Origin: Picochlorum sp. SENEW3
Taxonomy: Eukaryota
Direction: 5' to 3'
DNA: 64,000 bases
NCBI GenBank assembly: GCA_034226945.1
Contig: CP120453.1
Coordinates: forward strand, 496,001 to 560,000
Of the stretch, positions 22,794 through 34,141 are shown piece after piece. Below the pieces are notes generated by a model. The model was not told the origin of the DNA. It was given only the letters and a program-made list of their open reading frames with translations, and did no database searches. A program made the translations under genes and the position numbers. Within the stretch, counting starts at the first letter, position 1. The number at the start of each line of letters is the position of its first letter.

Positions 22794-22900
22794 TATTTAT
22801 ATTTGTAAGTCTAAAGAGCACAATTGATTAGTATCGTTCACAGCAGAACGGCAGGGTTCGAGAAAACAACATGTGTTAAAGTTTGCAATTAATTCCAACG

Positions 22901-23456
22901 ATGCTGTGCTATACGCTGTATATTTTCGATCGACACGGATCCTGTCAATATTATCATGAATGGTCAAGGCCTAGAAGCGTACTTCAAGGGGCTGGGAGCA
23001 TGCAGGAAGAATTCAAACTGTTGTTTGGTCTTGTGTGGTCTTTAAAAGCTCTCAGCGCGACAATAGACCCATCTCGGTACGTACCTGTCAATATTTATAT
23101 ATATTTGCTGAAGATACAGGTTGAGACATCATGATATATATATACCTCCTTGTCGCAGTGAGGAGAAGAGGCAGATGGGAACTCCTCTGAGGATTGGAGA
23201 AGGATGTAGCTTTTCTTCCTTTTGCAGCGATACATACAAGCTTCACTTTCATGAGACTGTGTCGGGGATGAAGTTTATATTGATGACAGCGCCTCATGTG
23301 GGGGATTTGGTGGATTGTATGCAGCACTTGTACTCTGGGTTGTTTGTAGAGCATGTGGTGAGAAATCCAGAGTATGTCCCAGGCAAACCCTTCTTGTTCG
23401 AAAACTTTACACTAGCACTAAACAAGTATATGATGTCATTGAATATGATACAGTAA
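22901..23456 (+). CDS. TRAPPC1: TRAPP complex subunit 1 (Bet5, sybindin-like); intron 23077-23158
   Basis: YTLYIFDRHGSCQYYHEW, KLLFGLVWSLK, YKLHFHETVSGMKFILMT, VEHVVRNP. Confidence 0.92.
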
Positions 23457-23468
23457 CAATATAATGTT

Positions 23469-24626
23469 TTACGCATTGTCCCACCAGATGGAGACGCTGG
23501 CTGATGGTGTCAGGGATTTGACATAGTGAAAGAATCCCCGGGGAATGAACAACGCATCTCCTGGGGCAAGCGTGCATTCCACACACGGTACATGTGTTAG
23601 AGGATTATCATCCTTGTCTAGATCAATTGTACTCGTGTTATGCGTGAGGCCATCCGTATCCAGCTGCAAGTTTGATGCATATTCTGGTGCATACAACCTC
23701 AGGTACTTGTACCCAACAATCTGGCAGAACACGTTATGGTGCGGGTCAGAGTGAATGGGCGTGACTGTGCCTGCTGGTCCTATCCATGCATTGATAGAAA
23801 CAACATCTCCAGTAGCGTGACAATAATCTGGGATGATGATGTCCCGTTTGAGCTCTGGTATCTGCTCCAACAGCTGATGCTGTGCAAGATACACAAGATC
23901 ATCACGGTCCCTGTCCGTCATATGATTCAGGAATTTCGAAAATGACATCAGTGTTTGCGTCCATTCCGGGGCCATATAATCTTTTCCCACTTCCACAGGA
24001 ACCGTCCTGTACATTGCTATCGATTTCCAGTATGCTCTACTGTTCCAACGGGTGTATGCTGGCCAATCAACCCCCATGTGTGATATCACCACAGGTTTTC
24101 CCCTTGATATATAGTCCATGATAAATCCATCCAAGGCAAGATCACTATACTCTACCTTTTCCATCATCCCTTGAGTTGCGGGGCTTGCAGCGGGGGGATC
24201 CTTTATGGCAACCTCCCCCTGCTCAACCCATACATCACCATCATCATCACCATGCACCGCCGTTCTAGCCGAGGAACCCTTCAATATGGCAATCATGTCA
24301 TGCGTCATCGAGCGAAATCGATCTCCACCGAGCAAGAGACCCATATCAAACATGCGAATGCTTTCTTCCTTGCTTTGCCCTTGTGACTCATACAACAGGC
24401 CAAGCAGAAGACATGCACCGCCGTATGCATCCCTCCACACGGGTGATACCTCACACCATGTACCTGTATGTATCTTTTGATAACAAACCTCCTGCAACGC
24501 TTGCATATCCGCCTGGTTCACATCACCCTCTCTCGGCCATAGGTGTGAGACGAGTGGGCATACTTGATCCAGTTCCTCCTTGACACGACACCATTCCTCC
24601 GAATCCAACACATGTTTCATCAACAT
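23469..24626 (-). CDS. JmjC/cupin_8 protein, JMJD5/KDM8 (JMJ30)-like
   Basis: YQKIHTGTWCEV, RTVPVEVG, YLAQHQLLEQIPELKRDI, NAWIGPAGTVTPIHSDP, GDALFIP..FFHYV. Confidence 0.92.
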   Translation of the reverse strand: MLMKHVLDSEEWCRVKEELDQVCPLVSHLWPREGDVNQADMQALQEVCYQKIHTGTWCEVSPVWRDAYGGACLLLGLLYESQGQSKEESIRMFDMGLLLGGDRFRSMTHDMIAILKGSSARTAVHGDDDGDVWVEQGEVAIKDPPAASPATQGMMEKVEYSDLALDGFIMDYISRGKPVVISHMGVDWPAYTRWNSRAYWKSIAMYRTVPVEVGKDYMAPEWTQTLMSFSKFLNHMTDRDRDDLVYLAQHQLLEQIPELKRDIIIPDYCHATGDVVSINAWIGPAGTVTPIHSDPHHNVFCQIVGYKYLRLYAPEYASNLQLDTDGLTHNTSTIDLDKDDNPLTHVPCVECTLAPGDALFIPRGFFHYVKSLTPSASVSIWWDNA

Positions 24627-24650
24627 ATTGGAATAATAACAGTAGCTTGC

Positions 24651-25112
24651 TCAATCTGTATGCTCCTTTGTCGTGCCCTCCACAGGCTGTGAAGGATGCA
24701 GAAATGCCTGTTTCCTCTCCACACCCCCACAAGCCAATCCCTGCACCCTCAAAGATACCACTCGATCTATTCTATCTTTTACAATCTGTGGATCCACACC
24801 AAAAAGCAAATCATCCAAGCCACCGAAATCCTCGTACTCTTGTACGTCATCAGCAGTCCCCACAAACCGGTTGTTCACATGTAATTGAGGCAACGTCACA
24901 GTACAGTCGCTCTGCTCCAGCATACGAAATCTATCCAAAGGATTATCAGACAAGTCCACTTCTTTATACTCGACACCCTTGGCACGCAAAAGATACTTCA
25001 TACGACGAGTATCAGAAGACACTTTGGCATTCCCAGCACAGGACGTTGTAAACAGCACAATACCCTCATCCGAAGAGCCCTCTTCTCCTCCTAGACTATT
25101 ATTCCACGTCAT
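24651..25112 (-). CDS. SH3BGR-like/glutaredoxin-fold protein (no CxxC)
   Basis: LFTTS...LLRAKGVEYKEVDLS...LPQLHVNNRFVG..DDVQEYEDFGGLDDLL. Confidence 0.8.
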   Translation of the reverse strand: MTWNNSLGGEEGSSDEGIVLFTTSCAGNAKVSSDTRRMKYLLRAKGVEYKEVDLSDNPLDRFRMLEQSDCTVTLPQLHVNNRFVGTADDVQEYEDFGGLDDLLFGVDPQIVKDRIDRVVSLRVQGLACGGVERKQAFLHPSQPVEGTTKEHTD

Positions 25113-25233
25113 TCATACACATAATACACGGAAATATTACACCTGGCAGTCGAGGAAGAACAGAAGGATTTTAAAATAGGATGGTTTTTTCTCACGATTT
25201 TTAATTCTTAATGTAGGAGTACGATCAGGTCTC

Positions 25234-26682
25234 ATGGTCCTGCTGAGGCATGCTGGTGTCCATTTTTTGGTTTTATACATTAAAGCAATAAAATCCTTGG
25301 TGCATGGAAGCGTGACTGGTCGGTTTCCTTTCGTGCTGCACCCCAACGCATGTCTCTGTGACATGATTCAAGGATTACACAGGAATTCCCGTAGCTCGAC
25401 TGCAATTGGCGGTGAAACGCCTTCTGATATGTATGGGACGGCGACGCATGTGACAGGGGTTGAGCAGAGGGACGATGATGCTGGGGATGATGTAGAGCAG
25501 AGCACAGGAACCATGCCCAAGGGTAAATCTGGGGTTGGGAGAGGGTGGATGTTGAGTGCCATGTCGATGGTTTTACTGGTTGTGCAAGGGACCATGATGT
25601 CTGTTGTTTTGAGGTACTCTAGAATTCAGGAGGGGTCCATGTATCTGCCATCTGTGTCGGTGTGCTTGGCAGAGGCCATCAAACTCTCCATATGTATAGC
25701 ATATTTGCTCATCATGGGGGATGCAAAGATTGGGAAGCAGCTTCCAACGCACCAGAAGCAGAGTGGGGATGAGGATGCAAAGCTTTTGACGTATAGAGAT
25801 TGGAAAGCATTGATTCAGGATTCTGTTCCAATGGCATTGCCGGCGTCCATGTTTGTGTTTCAGCAGGTTTTATTGATATGGTCGGCGACGTATTTGGATG
25901 CGGTGACGTATCAGATATTTAATCAGGCATTCAAGTTGGTACCAACAGCAATATTTGCGAGAGTTCTGTTGGGCCAGAAACTAAAACCAATGCAATGGAT
26001 GTCTCTTCCTGTTCTGGCATTTGGTGTCATATTGATTACAACGAATAACAATAGTAGTAGCAGTAGTAGTAGTGGGGTGGATGGAAACTCTGTATTATGG
26101 TATGCTGCCATGGTGGCATGTTCGCTGGCTGGGCTAAGCAGTGCATTTGCTGGAGTGTACTTTGAAAAGTATGTGAAGGGGAAGCTTGCGGGGAGTTTAA
26201 TACGGCGAAATTTACAACTAGGTATATATGGCGTCCCTTTCTCATGCATATATGCGTTTATGAAGGATGGGCAGAGTATTCGAGAGAATGGTCCTCTGTC
26301 TGGGTTTGGGCAATCTGCATGGGGAGTTGTGTGGCTCCAAGTTTTTGGCGGATTTATCATTGCCCTAGTCGTCAAATACTGTGATAACATTTTGAAGAAT
26401 TTTGCGTTGGCAGGGTCCGTGATTCTGACTGTATTGGTCTCTATTCCATTGTTCAACCAGTGGCCATCTTCCTTCTTCTTGTTTGGAGTGACTGCTGTTC
26501 TGTTGAGTGTGTTCATGTACGGAGGTAGCATGAAGGTTCCAAAGCAGTTCAATAATATATACATACGTGCTAGACAACTGGCCATGGAACATCCCTTCAA
26601 GATGCTGTTGATGAATGTATTATGTGGAGCAGGGTTATTTTTGGTAGTCATGAGGAATAGCAGTCTCAACACGTTTACCTAA
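25234..26682 (+). CDS. Nucleotide-sugar transporter, SLC35A family (true start uncertain, probably downstream)
   Basis: VLRYSR, AEAIKL, LDAVTYQI..AFKLVPTAIF, SAFAGVYFEKYVK, RNLQL, GGFIIALVVKYCDNILKNFA; multiple TM segments. Confidence 0.9.
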   Translation: MVLLRHAGVHFLVLYIKAIKSLVHGSVTGRFPFVLHPNACLCDMIQGLHRNSRSSTAIGGETPSDMYGTATHVTGVEQRDDDAGDDVEQSTGTMPKGKSGVGRGWMLSAMSMVLLVVQGTMMSVVLRYSRIQEGSMYLPSVSVCLAEAIKLSICIAYLLIMGDAKIGKQLPTHQKQSGDEDAKLLTYRDWKALIQDSVPMALPASMFVFQQVLLIWSATYLDAVTYQIFNQAFKLVPTAIFARVLLGQKLKPMQWMSLPVLAFGVILITTNNNSSSSSSSGVDGNSVLWYAAMVACSLAGLSSAFAGVYFEKYVKGKLAGSLIRRNLQLGIYGVPFSCIYAFMKDGQSIRENGPLSGFGQSAWGVVWLQVFGGFIIALVVKYCDNILKNFALAGSVILTVLVSIPLFNQWPSSFFLFGVTAVLLSVFMYGGSMKVPKQFNNIYIRARQLAMEHPFKMLLMNVLCGAGLFLVVMRNSSLNTFT

Positions 26683-26726
26683 CAGTCCATGTACATACAT
26701 ACTATACATTTTAATTTGTTATATAT

Positions 26727-28046
26727 CTATGCTGATGTGACCGGTTCTGCCTGGTGTCTATTTCGCAACTGACCGCAGGCCGCTGCTGCTTCCAACCCTC
26801 GAGTGACTCGAATGCTGGTCCGGACTCCATTCTTCTCGAGAATTTCAACAAATTTCCGGACCCCATTTCTTGATGGCCTCTTGAACTCGCTATCATCAAC
26901 TGGATTCCATGGAATGACGTTGACATGGCTCCTCATATTCCCATTGGCTCGTAATAACGCTGCAAGCTCCTCTGCATGCGCAGGGTCATCATTCACGCCA
27001 TGTAGGAGCGTGTACTCAAACGTCACTCGCCGACCCGTCATTTCAAAGTACGCACTACAATCCCTCATCAGAGCGCTCAATGGGTATGATTTTGCGCTGG
27101 GAACAATCTGCTCTCGCAACCGCTGGTTTGGTGCATGGATAGAAACTGCCAGCGTGGATTGGGTATCATACTCTGCAAACGCACGGATTGTATTCGGAAT
27201 GCCAACAGTCGAGATGGTGATGTGCCGGGCTCCAATATTCAAATCTTTATTTAATGATTGATGTGCTCTCATCACAGAAGGTAAATTGAGCCCTGGGTCT
27301 CCCATCCCCATGAATACAACGTTGGAAACACGCTCCCCAAATGCCTCTCCAACTGTCAGGACTTGGTCGATAATCTCATGTGGCAGGAGATTTCTGGCAA
27401 ACCCACCCTTCCCAGTCGCACAGAATGTGCACCGCATGGGGCACCCAACTTGAGACGATACACACACAGTAAGTCTGTTCGATCCATCCGCAGGAATGCC
27501 AACAGTCTCCACCACATATGAATCAAAGAGTTTTAAAAGAAACTTTCTCGTTCCATCCTTGGACACAACTTCATGGTGAATCTCTGACCGCCCAGTCTCC
27601 ACACCCTTGGATATGAGGGTTTCCCTCCATGACTTTGGAATAGTTGAAATATCTCGCACATGCCGGGTTCCTTTCATCACAGCGTCCTTTAGCTGCTTTC
27701 CCCTGTAGGCAGGCTGCCCATCCTCCAAAGCCAGCTGCTCCAACTCTTCCTGAGACTTCCCCAGGATAACCTGACCCACCCCGTACTTCTCACCGAGTCT
27801 TGATATCTTTGATGCATCTTTCAAAGCCTGTTCCACTGCCTTTTGGTCAGCTTTGTCCCATTCACCGTCAGTCACGTCAGGTCTTCTCGGTGGTATTGTA
27901 GGCATGTGTTCAACCTCACTCGCGTATCGGCGCATACCATGGTGAATAATACGATTTTTTTGATTCAGAATTGCAACATTCCATGCGCAATGGATGCGCT
28001 TCAGCGCTCCACCCGCATGCACATTTCCAATGACATGTGAGTTCAT
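26727..28046 (-). CDS. rlmN: Radical SAM RNA methyltransferase RlmN, organelle-targeted
   Basis: CVSSQVGCPMRCTFC, NVVFMGMGDP, ISTVG, VTFEY, AACGQL. Confidence 0.95.
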   Translation of the reverse strand: MNSHVIGNVHAGGALKRIHCAWNVAILNQKNRIIHHGMRRYASEVEHMPTIPPRRPDVTDGEWDKADQKAVEQALKDASKISRLGEKYGVGQVILGKSQEELEQLALEDGQPAYRGKQLKDAVMKGTRHVRDISTIPKSWRETLISKGVETGRSEIHHEVVSKDGTRKFLLKLFDSYVVETVGIPADGSNRLTVCVSSQVGCPMRCTFCATGKGGFARNLLPHEIIDQVLTVGEAFGERVSNVVFMGMGDPGLNLPSVMRAHQSLNKDLNIGARHITISTVGIPNTIRAFAEYDTQSTLAVSIHAPNQRLREQIVPSAKSYPLSALMRDCSAYFEMTGRRVTFEYTLLHGVNDDPAHAEELAALLRANGNMRSHVNVIPWNPVDDSEFKRPSRNGVRKFVEILEKNGVRTSIRVTRGLEAAAACGQLRNRHQAEPVTSA

Positions 28047-28557
28047 TCTACAGTTTACACGTATTCTTTCTGAATTCCAACAGTTTAGGTTTCAAAATGC
28101 AGTGTATTAGAAGACAAGATCGCCCCAGCGACCGGGTCCTTATGGTGGACCCACTACCCAGGGCTCTGTGAATAGAAGAAATAGAAAGTGCTCATTTTAA
28201 AATTTCAACGAATAATACAAACTGATACACCCAGAATCCATGTTCGAAGTCTCAGTTGCTGATGTTGCCACTGTATATCAACTACACTATTGTAACACGT
28301 GTACATTAAGGCCTGTGCTGTCAGAGTATGCAGCATAGTTCGTATCTGACTACGGTGTAGACCAACAGCCGACCGGAGTCAACTCTCGGTCTCAGATTCC
28401 TGCGGACGTTTGGTCAACGGGAATTTGAATTTTTGAATTGCGCTGAGTATCCCATTCCCATCACCACCGGGCACGTATTCATAAAAAAGTATATTAGTGA
28501 AATACATTTTGCACTGGTGTCGTGGCACGAATCGGGCACAAGCAGTGTATTCGAGTC

Positions 28558-30855
28558 ATGGCACGTACTTTTTCAAGCGATAAACTTGGTCGAGGTCTTG
28601 CGCCAAGAACAGCTAAAGTTCCTGGTGCATTAAGAAAGCTGACCCCTGTCAGATACGTTATTGTTGGTGTAGTGTCAGCCATACTGATACTAGGTGTACA
28701 TGTAGAAAGACAGTATTGCTCTGGCCTCGTGGGGGAGATTTCACTCAAATGGCCTTTCAGAGCCATCGCAGTATCGCAAGGGCAGAGCGATGATTTCGTT
28801 GACACATTTAACGACACGAGTCGTCGCGAGGATACACAAAAGATTTTGAATGTGGGAGCATCGTCTTGGGAGTACCGAATTGACAGCCACTTGCAAGCTG
28901 CTAACAAGTGTCGGATTGTAACTCTTGGTAGCCCCACGTTTAAGGCGCTCGAGGATAGCAAATCCTTGAGTGGTCTTGCTGATATTCTTCGATCTCTGCT
29001 GTTGATACCGGTTGATTCAACTGTGGTGTATGTTGGGCATGGAGACACTGGAAACAGTTTGAAGGAGCTGATTTCTGTTCTGCAGGAGAAAGAGGAATGT
29101 ATCCTGAATGTCCGGCTAGAAATTGTCTCCTCAATGGATGAATATGCAAAGAAAGGAATGTACAAGAGTGCCACGTTAGTGATCCTTGATGACCCATGTC
29201 CAAGGGGAAGTGTGTCCTCCTTGGGCCATATTCTCAGGGAAGGAGGCAGGGTATTTGTGGGGGCAAATGTCACTCAGTCGTGTGCTGAAATCAAGGATCG
29301 GTTTGTTCAAACTAAGAATCACCAGATATTTATCAATCCCTTTTCCAACCCGTCCTTTCCTGAGATTTGGGAGACTCTCCTGGTATCCACTGTAATGGCA
29401 ATGGATCTGGAAGGCTGGAAAACACTTTTCAAGGGCATGGGACACATTGGAGAGGTGAGGCTAGAGTTGCAAACGATTCATAGTTTACTCTACCAAACAT
29501 CAGTGAAAACCCATGTATGCGAGATTGGTTTTAATGCTGGGCATTCAGCAGTCATGTTCCTTTCAGCAGGAAAGAATATTCGTTTGACAAGTTTTGACAT
29601 GGGAAAGCTGCCTTGGTCTTCAGATATGGTGGAAAGAATACATCAACTCTTCCCTGGTCAATTCACATACATTAAAGGGAACAGCCGCGAAATCATTCCA
29701 CAGTACATGGACAAATTGAGATCTGGTTCAGTTGACAGATGTGATATTATGTTTGTTGATGGAGACCACTCCTATGAAGGAGCAAGGATTGATTTTACTA
29801 ATTCGATACAAATAATGTCACAAGAAAGCCTATTGATTGCTGATGATTACTCAAAGAGCTTTCCAGGAGTGATCAAAGCTTGGAAAGAGCTTGAAGAAGG
29901 AAAAGACATGAGCACATTGAAAATTATTAAGCCAGATCGATTGTACAATGGATTTCACAAAGGATGGTCAATTGGCAGTGTTTCGACTCAGTTGAAATCG
30001 GCTTCGAAATCAGCAGAGCAGATACATGTTGCCACGACGCAGTGTGGAGATGATGTGCAGCTGCTGCAATCACTCGTAAAGTCCTTGATCCTGTCGAGTA
30101 ATTTCAATGATCGCATAGTATTCCACCTGGTTGCCAATGGAATCCCTGAAGATGTACTAGAGCATATCAAAAGCACACTTGAATCTGCAAGAATGGAGTT
30201 TAGACTTCACAAACCCGTCTTGTTTCACAGGAAAGTACAATTATTCAGGCCTTGTGCACTAGATCGCTTGATGCTCCCTGAATTACTGCCGGACGAAAGC
30301 CATGTCATATATTTGGATCGGGACACTCTTGTTATGAAATCTTTGGACTCTTTATACCGACAAAGGTTGTCCATGGATGGTAAAGCAATGGGGATGGTTC
30401 CTGAGGGACGCGGGCGGTACAGCAAAGGTCAGGGAAAAGAGAATGCCTTCAAGACATATTTTGGTACGAGGGGATTGAATTCTGGAGTAGTCCTCATGAA
30501 TTTGGATTTGATGAGGCAGAAGTCGATAACGAGTCAGATGTTTGCTCTCATCCCAGAAATTGAGGATCTAACCTTAGGGGATCAGGACTTGATGAACTAT
30601 TATTTTGCAAAGCATCCAGACATGTTGACACTTTTACCATGTGCTTACAACTATCGCGTCACTGGAGATGGAAAACAAGAGTGTGAATGCTATGACATTG
30701 AAGATGCACAAGATTATGCCGAGTGTGAGAGGAGAAACAATGTTGACGATGCAGTCATACTGCATGGAAACAGACATACATTCTTGAGAGGTGACAACAT
30801 CTTACGTTCGATTTGGGATCAGATCACTGCTACGGAAGTTTCATCATCTTCTTAA
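28558..30855 (+). CDS. Type II membrane fusion: degenerate methyltransferase-like region + class I SAM methyltransferase (Methyltransf_24-like) + GT8 glycosyltransferase (GXYLT-like)
   Basis: TM YVIVGVVSAILILGV; VCEIGFNAGHSA and DIMFVDGDHSYEG; GT8 RPCALDRLMLP, YLDRD, LNSGVVLMNL, GDQDLMN, PCAYNYR, ILHGNR; single ORF. Confidence 0.8.
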   Translation: MARTFSSDKLGRGLAPRTAKVPGALRKLTPVRYVIVGVVSAILILGVHVERQYCSGLVGEISLKWPFRAIAVSQGQSDDFVDTFNDTSRREDTQKILNVGASSWEYRIDSHLQAANKCRIVTLGSPTFKALEDSKSLSGLADILRSLLLIPVDSTVVYVGHGDTGNSLKELISVLQEKEECILNVRLEIVSSMDEYAKKGMYKSATLVILDDPCPRGSVSSLGHILREGGRVFVGANVTQSCAEIKDRFVQTKNHQIFINPFSNPSFPEIWETLLVSTVMAMDLEGWKTLFKGMGHIGEVRLELQTIHSLLYQTSVKTHVCEIGFNAGHSAVMFLSAGKNIRLTSFDMGKLPWSSDMVERIHQLFPGQFTYIKGNSREIIPQYMDKLRSGSVDRCDIMFVDGDHSYEGARIDFTNSIQIMSQESLLIADDYSKSFPGVIKAWKELEEGKDMSTLKIIKPDRLYNGFHKGWSIGSVSTQLKSASKSAEQIHVATTQCGDDVQLLQSLVKSLILSSNFNDRIVFHLVANGIPEDVLEHIKSTLESARMEFRLHKPVLFHRKVQLFRPCALDRLMLPELLPDESHVIYLDRDTLVMKSLDSLYRQRLSMDGKAMGMVPEGRGRYSKGQGKENAFKTYFGTRGLNSGVVLMNLDLMRQKSITSQMFALIPEIEDLTLGDQDLMNYYFAKHPDMLTLLPCAYNYRVTGDGKQECECYDIEDAQDYAECERRNNVDDAVILHGNRHTFLRGDNILRSIWDQITATEVSSSS

Positions 30856-30988
30856 TTATCAGTGAATTTCAAGATTCGTTCAAATCTACAGAATTTTAGA
30901 CTTGTCAATTATTAAACATGCGCCGCTTTCCATAGGATTTTTCAAAGTCGGTAATTGAAATCTCACAATCGTTGATCCACCCTCGCAG

Positions 30989-32420
30989 TCATGTACGCAA
31001 TGTATGAATGGCTTTTCGGGCTTCATCCAAGACCTGTTTCAGACAGTCTCCACTGAGATGCTTTATTTCTGGAATGTACAGTTTCAGTTCTTTCTCTTCC
31101 TCTTTCGTCAATCGATTCCTCTTCAGAGCACCGCCTCCTTGGTGTTCATCCTTCTCCCAATGGTGAATCAATTCTTGAACGAGATCATCCTTGGTCAAGC
31201 CATCTGCCTGAATCCACCTGAATTTCTCTTCTTTCCTAAACCAATGCATTTGTTTGTGGCAGAGTTGGCGTGATGCTGTCTGTATATCTTTGGCTAAATC
31301 AATCTGCATTAGAGATGGCATCATCGTATGTATCAGAACAGTGTCATACATCATTAGTCTATATAGATGATTCACGTACAATCTCCTTCTCAGCAAGGTC
31401 GTTGACATCACGAGATGCCCATCTGTCTAAAAAGAGCATCGTTTGTCTATATCCAATCGCACGAGTGGCGCAGTTGGAGTCTGCTTCGGCGACAGGACAC
31501 AGTTTCTCTGCCGTCTCAGTGATCAGTCCATGTGCCAGCATGACCTCCACTCTCTCATCAATACGCCGGTACAACTGAATTCTTGGCCTTACGAGGAAAA
31601 AACACCTGAAATCATACTCGGGACTCGCACTATCATCTCTATCAAGTTCTGCCAACGTCTTTCCGGGAGCTTGCAGGAGTATATCAACAACCCGGTTCAT
31701 TCTGTACCAGTTGTTGACTTCCTGATGCAGCAGTCTATCAGCAGTCTCTGAATCTCCTAACGACCGAACCAAGTCTACACCAGCCTTCCACTTGTCTTCT
31801 ACAGTCAACGGCGAACCCTCGCCCTGTGCCACCTGCGCCTTTTCAAAACACGCCTCCAGAGCTTCATGGGCCTTGGCCTCGCTCTCTTTTGTTGCTGTCG
31901 GTGTCGAAGGCTTTCCAGACACCAACCATCTCAAATAAAATCCTGTGCCTCCAACAACGATTGGCGTTTTATTCCTTCCAAGTATGTCCTCTATTGCTTC
32001 CTTTGCCAGATGGTAAAAATACCCTGCACTAAATTCTTCTGTTGGATCCAAAATATCAATCACATGATGAGGAATCCCTTCCATCTCCTCCTTTTTTATC
32101 TTATCCGATCCAATATCCAAGCCTCTATAAACTTGAACAGAATCCGCACTGATAATCTCTCCATTCAACTCTTTTGCCAACTGAATGGATGTTGCCGTTT
32201 TCCCTACAGCAGTGGCACCTGTGAGCACCAAAACCTTTTTGGGCACGGTGCCCTCCTCCTCCTCTTTCCCATCGTGTACTGCTCTCATGCGTACTCCTTC
32301 CGTCATGAGCGTGCTTGTACACTGTGTATACCGATGGACAGGCACTCGTCTCACCAATTGAGGGACGTGTACTGTTGCTGTAGGCCTTCTCTGAAACACA
32401 AGAGCGAACAGTAACCGCAT
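30989..32420 (-). CDS. miaA: tRNA dimethylallyltransferase (bacterial MiaA/IPT9 type); intron 31379-31304
   Basis: GATAVGKT, ISADSVQVYRGLDIGSDK, VVGGTGFYL, RAIGYRQ; exon 2 ASRQLCHKQMHWFR. Confidence 0.93.
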
Positions 32421-32438
32421 GAATCCGTCGGTCGAGAA

Positions 32439-32460
32439 CTATATATATATATATATATAG
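32439..32460. repeat. (TA)n microsatellite upstream of miaA
   Basis: ctatatatatatatatatatag; a similar TA run occurs near 34113-34128. Confidence 0.85.
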
Positions 32461-32847
32461 TATCTAAGAAAGAAGTTCAATGATCTGATGAAAGAAATCG
32501 TTGCCCTGGATTATACAGTTAAAAACACTGTCGTCACATGCCGCATGTGCATCATGCTCCATGCGATGCTCGGTTCCGGTGGATGATTTCTATCCTTTCG
32601 ATGACTTCATGAGATCCATATCTATCTATTTGGATGCACAGGTAGATGGAATCAGCCAATGGTTTGATACACTCAGTGACTGAGGACGGCTGTATGTAAT
32701 TAATTAAGTACTTTAAGTACAACAGGAACAGTTTTTCCTAATCAAAGAAACCCCCCCAAGGTGTATTGTATTCATGGGATATTCAAATGACAATGAATAG
32801 AAATATCGAGGAACGCATGTAAGAAAAGAGCAGCACATCTGCTCTAC

Positions 32848-34041
32848 ATGGCTGGTGTTCGAATCCAAAATCATTTTTGTAACGAAATGCAGCAACAACA
32901 ACAACACCGAGCAGTGTTCCGTCATCCGTCGATGGTTGGATGTCCATATAGTGTACTTTCCGGTAGATATCGGAGACCATTTCACCATACCATCAATGTA
33001 GGATTGAGCTCAGACCTTGGGGGCAATAGCTTGGGTTGTGTCGTGTGTCAGGCCTCTGCTGACGATGATGTGTTGATTGAATTCCGAGACGTTCATAAAT
33101 CATTCGGTTCCAAGCATATTTTGAAAGGAGCATCGTTTAAGATTCGACGGGGAGAGGCAGTAGGCATCATTGGATCATCAGGGACTGGGAAATCAACAAC
33201 TCTTCGCCTTGCTGCTGGTCTGTTGGAAGCAGACTCTGTGCGTGTGCTGCATGTCTGGCGATACCTCAACACTATTGACACGTATAATATGATATGATGT
33301 ATATTGTAGGGAGAAATTTTAATCAAGGGGGAAGCTCGGCAGGGTCTTTTGTCGGATGATGATACATCAGACAAGCTCAAGCTGGGGCTTGTCTTTCAGA
33401 GCGGAGCCCTGTTTGACTCTCTCAATGTCAAACAAAATGTTGGATTTATGCTATATGAGCATACAAATATGCAAGAAGAGGAAATTAGTAAAGCTGTGGC
33501 GGATAGTTTATCAAAAGTAGGGCTGAGTGGTGTGGAAAATCTGTATCCTGCAGAGCTCTCTGGTGGTATGAAAAAGCGCGTCGCGCTTGCTCGAGCCATC
33601 GTCACGGATAATTCATCTACTAATACAAATGTGGAGCAGATGATCATGTACGACGAACCTACCGCTGGGTTGGATCCTGTTGCTTCCACAGTTATTGAGG
33701 ATTTGATTCGAAGCATGCATGATCCAGTATACATGAAAAAAGACGATAGGAATCCAGTAGAGGTGAGCAATGCGGCTGTACTACAGCATAGACATGGGCC
33801 GTATGAAAGTGAATACCATGTGAACCACAAGGTTGAGCCTCAGGAAGGATGTGGTGTGTCCAGCTATGTTGTGGTGACACATCAGCACTCGACCATTCGC
33901 CGGTCCGTTGACAGACTAATTTTCCTTCACGGAGGAACAGTTGTATGGGAAGGTCCGGTGAGCGAGTTTGACACCACCCCAGAACCCATTGTCCGCCAAT
34001 TTGCATCAGGAAGTCTCAATGGCCCAATTGTCTACATGTAA
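32848..34041 (+). CDS. TGD3: Plastid ABC ATPase TGD3 (MlaF-like); intron 33238-33309
   Basis: IEFRDVHKSFG, GSSGTGKST, FQSGALFDSL, LSGGMKKRVALARAI, YDEPTAGLDP, SYVVVTHQHSTIRR, FASGSLNGPI. Confidence 0.93.
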
Positions 34042-34141
34042 TACATTTCTTGCTCAAGAGCATTTCCTTCTCTTGTATTATTACAATAAAATCAAGATGA
34101 TCTGTTCCTACGTATATATATATATATATGTATGTATTCCA

